IMG/VR virus record: IMGVR_UViG_2645727673_000011 | Span: 1 to 34,391 of that record | Direction: 5' to 3' (one strand) | From: a virus | Lineage: Duplodnaviria > Heunggongvirae > Uroviricota > Caudoviricetes | Length of the DNA stretch: 34,391 nt | Shown here: one piece after another, positions 9,401 through 19,800 of the stretch | Numbering within the stretch: position 1 is the first letter of the stretch | How the letters are laid out: each line of letters starts with the position of its first letter | Notes under the pieces: model-generated | What the model was told of the DNA's origin: nothing | Database searches by the model: none | What the model saw: only the letters and a program-made list of their open reading frames with translations | Made by a program: the position numbers and the translations under genes

Positions 9401-10338
9401 TTTATGTTGAAATAGGTAATTTCGCCACGGGTGTAAATATCCAGTGGGATTATACCAGTATTGGTGATATTGAAGCATCGGAGGGCATGGGGGCGCTGAA
9501 ACTCTTCCTTTCGCGAGCGTTTAATCCTAACGGCAATATTCTCCCTGGCATTATTGGTGAGGCTAAAAAGTATGTCAGCGAAGAAGAACTTGAGCATCTT
9601 GACCAACTACTTAAGCGATTCTCATATAACCCGCAGACACGCTGGCAAATGAATCAGCGAAGTATGGGTTCGGTCCACGAGAAAGTGTTATCTGCCATGA
9701 ACAGTGCGATCGCAAACTCATCCGTATCTGAAGAAAAAGCTCTTGAGTGGGCCGACTCTTTTATCACGGAAGAAGTGGAAGAAGCCCGCGCTGGACAGAA
9801 TGGTGGGATAGACCTGCGCAAGGAACTTGCTGATATTTATCGCCTGACCGGCGGTAAAATTTCGACCTTATCAAAGGTGGTTCACCACCAGGGAAGGGCA
9901 TATGCAAATCTTAATGGTGTTGTTGCTGTCAATTTGAACGATGAAAATGCAAGTGCACTGTGGCACGAGCTGGGTCATCATCTTGAGTACAGTAACCCTG
10001 GTTTGTTAGAGAAAGCCCGGTCATTCCTGAAGGCCAATGTTGAAGGGGATAAGCCATCTTTCGTTAATATCGGTGGGCGTGGCAAGCCTGAATGGTGCTT
10101 CAGATCTCGATTGAGTAATATTTATATGGCGAAGGTATACCCGCCAGCCTCAGTAAGTAACACCGGGAAAATTCGGCAGAAATCACCGACTATTTCCAAA
10201 ACGTCAGCAACGGAAGTATTCTCTATGGCTCTTCAGTTGTATCATGACAAAGAGGCCGCTGCCGCATCACTGATGAATGGTGACGGATTGCTGGAACTGT
10301 TATTAGGTGTGGCAAAGGAGCTAAATAATGCGGATTAA
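6403..10338 (+). CDS. S: Tail fibre protein S: P1/Mu-like constant N-terminal part joined to a divergent C-terminal part
   Basis: ATG at 6403 (MNDVTVVTSVTYPSPESLALVADVQYHEPYL...) with AAGGA upstream; this is in frame with the longer track ORF that starts inside R. Contains the TGTPTAPTAAQGTNSTQIANTAFV motif twice and five copies of a ~40-aa fibre repeat (ATKLQTARTIGGVSFDGSANI). Ends NNAD* at 10338. Confidence 0.85.
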   Translation: MNDVTVVTSVTYPSPESLALVADVQYHEPYLSAALNRKFRGIVDPGFYAGFFPKPGGGMNLLITSVDGDKTAGAASVNIGEFYQVTIQQRKDISLALSAGKKYAIVLKGRYLLGEDSYQVNTASHIHAAEFVARTYTDSYQLGDGELLVCTVNIPAGVSAITKEMIDVSDRIDLTIGIEISDSVTSTRSDVAASSLAVKKAYDLAKSKYTAQDASTTQKGLVQLSSATNSDSETMAATPKAVKSVKELADTKAPIESPSLTGTPTAPTAAQGTNSTQIANTAFVKAAITALINGAPGTLDTLKEIAAAINNDPNFSTTINNALALKAPLASPALTGIPTAPTAAQGTNNTQIATTAYVRAAISALVGSSPEALDTLNELAAALGNDPNFATTMTNALAGKQPLDATLTALAGLATGANKLPYFTGTDTVSQTDLTSVGRDILAKTSTLAVIQYLGLREIGTSGEKIPLLSTANTWSSQQTFKGKTAFSAAATFSAGIAGAIEPEAIDGRTIDLNDLIIANTEAGSVKYYQCKTVAGGANITNKPDGVSGNFLVRVESIRKTTGSDYANMQTLINSDTKRIYVRFVVNGNWTAWSQVVVSGWGQDVSVKSLSAVALSGSLTGNASTATKLQTARTIGGVSFDGSANIDLPGVNKAGNQSTTGNAATATKLQTVRTIGGVSFDGSANIDLPGVNKAGNQSTTGNAATATKLQTARTINGVKFDGSANISIPTITSRGRVTALTDTTQGAATGLQMYEAYNNSYPTAYGNVLHMKGASAAGEGELLIGWSGTSGAHAPVFIRSRRDHTDAAWSAWAQVYTSRDSIPGVNATGNQNTTGNAATATKLQTARTIGGVSFDGTANINLPGVNVAGNQNTSGNAATATKLQTARTINGVSFDGSKNIELTPRSIGTINSTTMSFSGGAGWFKLATVTMPQASSVVYISLIGSSGYNVNSPMQAGISELVLRAGNGNPKGLTGALWRRTSVGFTNFAWVNTSGDTYDVYVEIGNFATGVNIQWDYTSIGDIEASEGMGALKLFLSRAFNPNGNILPGIIGEAKKYVSEEELEHLDQLLKRFSYNPQTRWQMNQRSMGSVHEKVLSAMNSAIANSSVSEEKALEWADSFITEEVEEARAGQNGGIDLRKELADIYRLTGGKISTLSKVVHHQGRAYANLNGVVAVNLNDENASALWHELGHHLEYSNPGLLEKARSFLKANVEGDKPSFVNIGGRGKPEWCFRSRLSNIYMAKVYPPASVSNTGKIRQKSPTISKTSATEVFSMALQLYHDKEAAAASLMNGDGLLELLLGVAKELNNAD
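7751..7776 (+). other. cix/gix/hix-like DNA-invertase crossover site at the constant/variable junction of S
   Basis: ttatccaataccttggtttaagagaa; its reverse complement TTCTCTTAAACCAAGGTATTGGATAA matches the Hin hixL site TTCTTGAAAACCAAGGTTTTTGATAA (recalled from memory) at 21 of 26 positions. It encodes the VIQYLGLRE junction. Confidence 0.5.
8281..8520 (+). repeat. Two tandem copies of a 120-bp in-frame repeat inside S (about 95% identical); a third diverged copy follows at 8521 and two more at about 8890-9120
   Basis: Direct comparison of 8281-8400 with 8401-8520 shows about 6 mismatches in 120 bp. Each unit encodes a 40-aa repeat ending TGNAATATK. Confidence 0.85.
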
Positions 10339-10642
10339 AATCGCAGCGCCATTAGGCGGAGATGCCATTATCGAATTTGATGATAATGAAGAAGTTTCCG
10401 GGCGTTTAAGCATTATCTCCGGTGACATTACCGAGGACATGATCGCTGAAGCCATAGCAGGGGCAAATCCCAATAGCTATATGGGATTCGTTAACACCCT
10501 TGATGCTCCCGCAAGTGATGTTCTCCGAACGCTGCATCTTTACGCTGGCTGGTTTGTTGATTGGCCAGCAGTAGATGGTGGCGATGATGACGACGACGAC
10601 GACGATGATTTTGGTGATCATGTAGACCAGATCGTATATTAA
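10328..10642 (+). CDS. Small highly acidic protein with a poly-Asp tract, translationally coupled to the tail-fibre gene
   Basis: ATG at 10328 lies 9 nt after AAGGAG (10313-10318) and overlaps the last codons of S. The 104-aa product has about 24 acidic residues and a run of nine Asp. Confidence 0.6.
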   Translation: MRIKIAAPLGGDAIIEFDDNEEVSGRLSIISGDITEDMIAEAIAGANPNSYMGFVNTLDAPASDVLRTLHLYAGWFVDWPAVDGGDDDDDDDDDFGDHVDQIVY

Positions 10643-10707
10643 CTCCCTGATTGTGCACAAATAATCTGTTCTGATATGTTAATTGTGTACTTAAAGTAAA
10701 CGCGTAG

Positions 10708-10746
10708 TGGCTTGCTTTAGGTTATGGAAGCAAGCCATTTCCTATT
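10708..10746. terminator. Hairpin between the convergent tail-fibre operon (+) and the 201-aa gene (-); likely bidirectional terminator
   Basis: tggcttgctt (10708-10717) pairs with aagcaagcca (10728-10737) as a 10-bp stem with a 10-nt loop, followed by tttcctatt. Confidence 0.5.
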
Positions 10747-10754
10747 AAAGTAGA

Positions 10755-11360
10755 TCAAAAAACTTTAATTTTGGCGTTTCGCTCACCACATATTGAGCAC
10801 TTTAGCCGATTTTTTAAGTCTTCCAGAGTCAATCCTGAAGCTACATATTGTTTAATGTCTCTTTGAGAGAGTATCACTGGTTCACGGAACCTATAACCGC
10901 CGCAGAGATGTATTATCATTATCTCAGAATCATTTTCTAACCAGTCATTAAGAGTGTTGTGTGGTTTAGAAAGTCGCTCAATATCCAAACGCCATTGTTG
11001 GATTTCATTACTGTCCCAGTCGAGATTTAGTTTAGCACGTTGGGCAACGAACCGATGTTTTCCTCTGTTAATACTAGGTTCGTAGTCTTTTCGTTGATCG
11101 GTAGTAAGGTCCTCTTCGTATAGAAATGAATCATCGTTTTTATGAGTGGGTTCAAAAATTACTTCAATAAAACTTGGCTCATACGCGTTAAAGCTTTTTT
11201 TTCTTATGAATATCCCTTGTGTACCACTCCCGTTTAAATCAGCACAAAAATTAACATCTATTCCTCGACGAAGTGCGAAAAAATAGCTATGTTCCCTCAT
11301 GGCCACAGCTAATTTGGCTATATCTATAAGGTTGTGTATTTTATCAGAATATGTATTCAT
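10755..11360 (-). CDS. Hypothetical protein encoded by an AT-rich, probably horizontally acquired gene
   Basis: 201 aa from the ATG at 11360 (MNTYSDKIHNL...) preceded by GGAAG; the track start at 11375 is TTG. Local GC is about 33% by hand count of 10801-10860. I recognise no domain. Confidence 0.6.
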   Translation of the reverse strand: MNTYSDKIHNLIDIAKLAVAMREHSYFFALRRGIDVNFCADLNGSGTQGIFIRKKSFNAYEPSFIEVIFEPTHKNDDSFLYEEDLTTDQRKDYEPSINRGKHRFVAQRAKLNLDWDSNEIQQWRLDIERLSKPHNTLNDWLENDSEIMIIHLCGGYRFREPVILSQRDIKQYVASGLTLEDLKNRLKCSICGERNAKIKVF

Positions 11361-11541
11361 GAGGCTTCCAAGCAAATATCATGACAAGCATAAAGTGTTA
11401 AAGTAATGTTACGCATCTTAACAAAGTGACTCTTGATTAATTTTAATTCGCCCTATCTTGCTTGTCTAACCATCATTGCATATACAGAGGGCAAAGAATT
11501 ACACTTCATGTAATTTATTTCCCTTTAATTTCGTATTATCA

Positions 11542-11568
11542 GGGTGCTCTCTGGCACCCCTTTTTATT
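11542..11568 (+). terminator. Intrinsic terminator-like hairpin with a T tract on the plus strand
   Basis: gggtgc-tctctg-gcaccc followed by cTTTTTaTT. It lies just past the stop of the 264-aa minus-strand gene and would stop plus-strand read-through. Confidence 0.5.
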
Positions 11569-11578
11569 CTAGTAAAAA

Positions 11579-12373
11579 TTAATCACTTTCCACCTCTTCC
11601 GTGGTGTTTTCTTGCAGCTCTGCCAATGCAGTACGACACAGGTTCCTAGCATTGGCTATAGCCACACTTTTGACTTCATCCGTCATCGTGCAGGTAATGT
11701 ACTGATCGAGTTCTTCAGCGCGGATGATGCTTTTGCCAATCAGAAACTGTATTTGCCAGAGCAGATCGGCATCCATCATCAGAATTTCTGCCGAGCCTTC
11801 AGGGCCAGCCGGGAAGGAAACATAAGACTGTTTGCCCATGCCGATAACTCGACAACTTGCTTCAAGAATTGCGCGCTTGAGGTCTGACTTTGTAACGGAA
11901 ACAGGTTGGTTTTCACCAGTGATTATGCCGTTGACATGGAAGTGGAAGGGCATGTAGCTTGAAATACGCTCTACTTTCCACACGCCAGCAAGCGATCCTT
12001 CATGCAGCACAATGGGGGTAACCGCGAGTTTCATCTCACCATATAACTGCTGGCAGATAGCTGGATTGCTGAATACATCCAAAGGTTCACACTCAAACAG
12101 CGGCGCAATCTGTATGAGGTCCATCATGGTCATACCAGGGGTACGAGCAGTAATGAATCTGCGCATGCCAGTATCCATTGTGCGCCAGATAGCTACACCA
12201 TGCTTTTTGCTCACTTCTTCAGTAAAGCCAAGGTGGCACATGATGGTTTTTTCGATAGCCAGATCAGAGATCGAAACCTTTTCGCCAGGTACACCATCAT
12301 TATTGATGGTCACTTCTACACTCTGGCCATTACGCAGGCGGTATTGAATGGTTTTAGTATTTTGTGCTGTCAT
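11579..12373 (-). CDS. Hypothetical protein, 264 aa, acidic C-terminus
   Basis: ATG at 12373; backbone-like GC; no recognisable motif. Sits where the darA/lyd/cin block lies in P1 as I recall it. Confidence 0.6.
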   Translation of the reverse strand: MTAQNTKTIQYRLRNGQSVEVTINNDGVPGEKVSISDLAIEKTIMCHLGFTEEVSKKHGVAIWRTMDTGMRRFITARTPGMTMMDLIQIAPLFECEPLDVFSNPAICQQLYGEMKLAVTPIVLHEGSLAGVWKVERISSYMPFHFHVNGIITGENQPVSVTKSDLKRAILEASCRVIGMGKQSYVSFPAGPEGSAEILMMDADLLWQIQFLIGKSIIRAEELDQYITCTMTDEVKSVAIANARNLCRTALAELQENTTEEVESD

Positions 12374-12387
12374 AGTCTTTTCTCTGC

Positions 12388-12570
12388 TTAAAAACTGATG
12401 TATTGCGCCTTCAGGTTGGTTAGGAATGTTTTCCCACCAGCGAAAGCAATATCTCGGGGTGTTCTATTCGTTAAAAGCGCGTGCCATTGCCAACTTTGGC
12501 GTTTGTTTGCGAGTTCGTGCTTTTGTCGGCGTCTTGACCACCGCTTTTCTTTCAGTCGTTTTTTACTCAT
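12388..12570 (-). CDS. Possible small basic protein (60 aa, Lys/Arg-rich N-terminus)
   Basis: ATG at 12570, 6 nt downstream of the ssb stop. Ribosome-binding site is weak, so this may be spurious. Confidence 0.3.
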   Translation of the reverse strand: MSKKRLKEKRWSRRRQKHELANKRQSWQWHALLTNRTPRDIAFAGGKTFLTNLKAQYISF

Positions 12571-12575
12571 AAACT

Positions 12576-13064
12576 CTAAAACGGAATATCGTCGTCAAAG
12601 TCCATTGGAGGTTCGTTATTGGCGTTGCTCTGAGGTTTACCGCCACCACTGTATTGCTGGTGGTTTTGAGGTTGGTTCGATTGCCCCCAGCCATTTGAGG
12701 ACTGTGAATCGTCACGGCGAGCGCCGATCATTTGCATGGTGCCGCCCTGGCTGACGATAATTTCCGTCGTGTAACGTTCTACACCGGCGTCATCTGTCCA
12801 CTTACGGGTTTTAAGTTTCCCTTCGATGTAGACCTGAGAACCTTTTCGTAAATACTCACTCGCAATTTCAGCAAGTTTCCCGAACAAAACGACTCTATGC
12901 CATTCTGTTTGCTCTTTCTGTTGGCCCGTTTGCTTGTCGCGCCATGATTCATTTGTTGCGATGCTTAGTCTTCCGACCGCTCCGCCATTTGGTATATACC
13001 TGATCTCCGGGTCTTGCCCCAGGGTACCAATCAGGATGACTTTGTTTACACCGCGTTGTGCCAC
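12576..13064 (-). CDS. ssb: Single-stranded DNA-binding protein
   Basis: Product is recognisably SSB ([25 protein letters not shown] ... [14 protein letters not shown]) with the acidic tail DFDDDIPF. Start is GTG at 13064, directly after an in-frame stop. Confidence 0.9.
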   Translation of the reverse strand: MAQRGVNKVILIGTLGQDPEIRYIPNGGAVGRLSIATNESWRDKQTGQQKEQTEWHRVVLFGKLAEIASEYLRKGSQVYIEGKLKTRKWTDDAGVERYTTEIIVSQGGTMQMIGARRDDSQSSNGWGQSNQPQNHQQYSGGGKPQSNANNEPPMDFDDDIPF

Positions 13065-13083
13065 TTATCTTACCTAATAAAAT

Positions 13084-13100
13084 AAAATGATTAGAGCAAT
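13084..13100 (-). promoter_or_regulatory. Candidate P1 C1 repressor operator upstream of ssb, in the ssb/lyz divergent intergenic region
   Basis: Minus-strand sequence ATTGCTCTAATCATTTT matches the 17-bp C1 operator consensus ATTGCTCTAATAAATTT (recalled from memory) at 15 of 17 positions. Confidence 0.4.
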
Positions 13101-13232
13101 AATGTATATCTTTGAAACGTAGCTAACAAGTGATTTGCATTATCCTGTGCCTTCTAAAGGGATCGAGTCAGTCGGTATTGGCTGTGAATGGGTGTTTGTC
13201 CTGGAGCGTAAAAATTCGCTTATGAGGTCTTT

Positions 13233-13790
13233 ATGAAGGGAAAAACAGCCGCAGGAGGCGGTGCAATTTGCGCTATCGCGGTGATGATTACCATCGTAAT
13301 GGGTAATGGCAATGTGCGAACCAACCAGGCGGGGCTTGAGCTGATTGGTAACGCTGAAGGTTGCCGACGTGATCCATACATGTGCCCGGCGGGGGTATGG
13401 ACTGACGGGATCGGTAATACACACGGGGTAACGCCGGGTGTGCGAAAAACCGACCAGCAAATCGCCGCTGATTGGGAAAAGAATATCCTGATCGCTGAAC
13501 GCTGTATTAATCAGCACTTCCGGGGCAAAGACATGCCCGATAATGCCTTTAGTGCAATGACAAGCGCGGCATTCAATATGGGATGCAATAGCTTACGGAC
13601 CTACTACAGCAAAGCGCGAGGCATGCGAGTCGAAACGTCCATCCACAAGTGGGCGCAGAAAGGGGAATGGGTGAATATGTGTAACCATCTCCCTGATTTT
13701 GTGAACAGTAACGGCGTGCCCCTGCGAGGTTTAAAGATTCGCCGTGAAAAAGAACGCCAGCTTTGCCTGACGGGACTGGTCAATGAATAA
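13233..13790 (+). CDS. lyz: SAR endolysin (T4-lysozyme family), P1 Lyz-like
   Basis: 185 aa, ATG at 13233 after GAGG. Gly/Ala-rich signal-anchor N-terminus (AAGGGAICAIAVMITIVMG) followed by the catalytic region NAEGCRRDPYMCPAGVWTDGIGNT. Confidence 0.9.
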   Translation: MKGKTAAGGGAICAIAVMITIVMGNGNVRTNQAGLELIGNAEGCRRDPYMCPAGVWTDGIGNTHGVTPGVRKTDQQIAADWEKNILIAERCINQHFRGKDMPDNAFSAMTSAAFNMGCNSLRTYYSKARGMRVETSIHKWAQKGEWVNMCNHLPDFVNSNGVPLRGLKIRREKERQLCLTGLVNE

Positions 13791-14037
13791 ACTCCGGCAG
13801 CTCCGCAGACTTTCGACAATGAAGTTATCGCTGGCAGCGATAGTTTTCGACTCGATTTTCATGGCGGTATATGTGCTTAATGAAACGTGGCCACTGGAAC
13901 CGCTATTGTATGCCGGGCTTCGGCTGTGCCTGACATTTTTGAGCATGGCCGCGAGATTGATGCAGCAGAAAGAAACCGCTTCAGATTGTCCACGCCGCGC
14001 GGTGCGCAAATATATGGCACGCAGGCGAAGTCGATAA
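13783..14037 (+). CDS. Small membrane protein coupled to lyz; possible lysis accessory protein
   Basis: ATG at 13783 overlaps the 3' end of lyz by 8 nt. The 84-aa product has hydrophobic segments (LSLAAIVFDSIFMAVYVL and LLYAGLRLCLTFLSMAA) and a basic C-terminus. Confidence 0.45.
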   Translation: MNKLRQLRRLSTMKLSLAAIVFDSIFMAVYVLNETWPLEPLLYAGLRLCLTFLSMAARLMQQKETASDCPRRAVRKYMARRRSR

Positions 14038-14048
14038 TAGTTAACGAG

Positions 14049-14078
14049 AACCCCGGCACTCGCCGGGGTTATTTTTGG
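14049..14078 (+). terminator. Intrinsic terminator between the lyz operon (+) and pro (-)
   Basis: aaccccggc-actc-gccggggtt forms a 9-bp GC-rich stem and is followed by aTTTTTgg. Confidence 0.6.
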
Positions 14079-14081
14079 TGG

Positions 14082-16812
<2,731 letters not shown>

Positions 16813-16879
16813 TTAATTAGAATAATTCGCATCGTGTTTGAACGGAAATTTAACACTAGTCACTTGTTAAGGATTACCA

Positions 16880-19800
16880 ATGAACAAGCTATATATGCGG
16901 GTGTTTCGCTGTTCAAGTGTCAGCGAAATATTGAAATACATTAGGGCAATAACATCTCACCGAGCGCCGATTAAATACGGCGTGGAAAAGGTGGAAGGCA
17001 AAAGCTATGACCGACTGCGCCGGGAGGCGAATCAGAAGGCGATAGATTTGCTTAATTCGCTGGTGGACGGCGCGACACTGACAGATGAACAGCGCCAGAT
17101 CCTGGCTGGGTACACCGGTGAAGGCGGCATTGGCGGGTCCGTCTCCGAATATTACACACCAAAGCCGATCGCTGAAGGTGTCTGGGAGATCATGAAGCTC
17201 TACGGCGCGGACGTAGGTAACACTCTGGAACCATCGGCGGGAACCGGCGTTTTTAATGAGACAAAACCGGTTGGTACGGTGATGACCGCGACTGAGATCA
17301 GCAGTGTTTCCGGTCGTATAAACCAGTTGTTACACCCGGAAGACAGCGTACAGATTTCCCCGTTCGAACAGCTGGCTATAAGCACGCCTAACGATTCATT
17401 CGACCATGTTGTGGGTAACGTTCCGTTCGGCGGTCGTGATAACACACGCAACATCGATAAGCCTTACGCAGAAGAAACGGACATGGGTTCTTACTTCATG
17501 CTCCGCATGCTGGACAAGATAAAGCCAGGCGGATTCATGTGCGTGATTGTGCCGCCGTCCATTGTTTCAGGTTCAAACATGAAGCGGTTACGCCTGCGCT
17601 TATCCCGTAAAGCTGAATTTCTTGGCGCTCACCGCTTGCCTACCGGTACTTTTGACGCAAACGGGACCAGTACAGTCGTTGATGTGGTGCTGATGCGCAA
17701 ACATCCGGCGGAGATGGCTGAGAAAATCCCCCTGGTGGATGAAGGTACTCTTGAATCGGCAAATGTGCTTTGGCCAACGTTTATTTCTGGCAAGTGGTTT
17801 GAAAAGGACGGCCGCCGGTTTGTTCATGGCACTCAGGAGAAGGGATTCCAGGGGCGTATTGAGGTTCGTGCCGACGGGCAGATTGATAACCAGGCTCTTA
17901 AAGCGAAGCTGATTCATCGTTTCGAAAGTCGTATCGACTGGTCTTTGCTCGATATGGCTGAACCGTCACCGACCGCAGATGTTGTTGATGAAGGGGAAAT
18001 GCGCCTGATTAATGGCGTATGGCAAAAATATGCTGGTGGTCGCTGGATTGAAGCTGATGCCGGGAAGGAGCTGAAGATTGATGTTGCCAGTTATGGCGCG
18101 GATAGCTGGGAGGCTCTTCAGCGTAACCTGACTACCACAGAAGGTCGTCTCGGCATGACATTTACCCAGATGGCAAATGTCCGCGATAAGTACACCACAT
18201 CAATCAGCGACGATATGGTGCAGTTGGTGGACTGGATTAACAGCCAACCTGAAAAATACCGTGAACGCTTGTATCGCGGAGCGATGATTGGCCGGATGTT
18301 AATTGAATATCAGGACATGAAGGCCGCCGGGCATAGTGCTGAACAAATCGAACAGCAGCGCCTTTCTCTGGTATCCCGTTTGCAGGCAGAGATTGACCGT
18401 TTTGGTAACCCCGGTCGCGGTCCGATAGCGAAATTATCGGGGAGCGGTGCGCGCGCCTGGTTTGCTTTCCGTGGTGCAATTAAGCTGGATGGCACTATTT
18501 CTGACGAGCTGACAGGAAAGCTGGTTACGCATGATTCCAGCGCCAGTTATGACTCCACCAGCTATCAGGACACCCTGCGTTATCTCTATAGCGATCTTAC
18601 CCGCGATCCAATCCAGCTCGATGATTTCCGCCTTGCGTTTACCGGCGAACTGCCAGCCAGTGATGAAGAGTTGCTTAATTTATTGGCCAGCACCCCTGGT
18701 ATTGCGGTTTCACCGTATGGCGGGATTGTTCCGTTCGCCCGCGCCACCAGCGGCGACATTAACGAGATAGTGGCTCCAAAACAGGAATTCCTTGCCACAC
18801 TCCCCGACGGTCCAGTAAAAAACAACGTCCTTAATCAGCTGGCAGCGATCGAAGAGAAGCGCATCAAGACGCCAGCAGAGAATATCCGCTTTAAGCTCAA
18901 TAGCCGTTGGTTCGACCGCTCCGTCATTCTGGAGTTTTTGCAGGAAAACGGCTATCCGGATCTGCGCTATGTGCAGTCAGTGCAGCTGGAAGGCGACGAA
19001 ATGGTTTCTGACACCTATCACGGTGGTGATGGTCTGTTCGTCGGGCACCGATACGGTGTCGTCCAGCGCAAGGATAAAGAAACAGGCGAGATCCGCTACG
19101 AGTGGGACCGTAAATCAGGTGAAAACGCGACCGGGTTCCCGGCACAGCTGGAAAAGTATCTCAATGGTGCGCGTATCGGTGGCAAAGATAGCGCGACGGC
19201 GAACGGCTACCGCGAGCAGATGGCACTGCTTGAGGACCAGTTCAATAAGTGGATCAAGACGCACGATCGCTACGATGAGCTGGTTGCCAAATACAACGAT
19301 GTGTTCAATAGCAATATCCCGTATGAACACTCTGGCGATCCGCTTGGGTTGAAGGGATTAAGCGGTAAGCGCCAGCCATTTGATTACCAGAATAGCGAGG
19401 TGCGCCGACTGTCCGAAGATGGGCGCGGCATCCTGGGCTTTGGCACCGGGCTGGGTAAAACCACGACCGCGCTGGCGCTTGAGGCGTTCAACTATGAGAA
19501 CGGTCGCTCTACCCGTACTGCGTATGTAGTGCCTAAATCAGTGCTGGAAAATTGGTATTACGAAACAAAAGAATTCCTGAGTGAAGAGGCATTCAGTAAC
19601 TACCTGTTCGTCGGTCTTGATGTGCTGATGGATGGCGATCAGATTCGCCAGGTGCCGGTGCTCGATGAGAACGGTAAACCTGTTCTTGGTACTGATGGCA
19701 CTCCAGTTATGCGCGATGCTCTTAAGCTGGCAGATGAAGCCACTATCACGGCGCGGATGAACGCGATCCCGCACTCAAATTACCGTGCAGTCGTGTTTAC

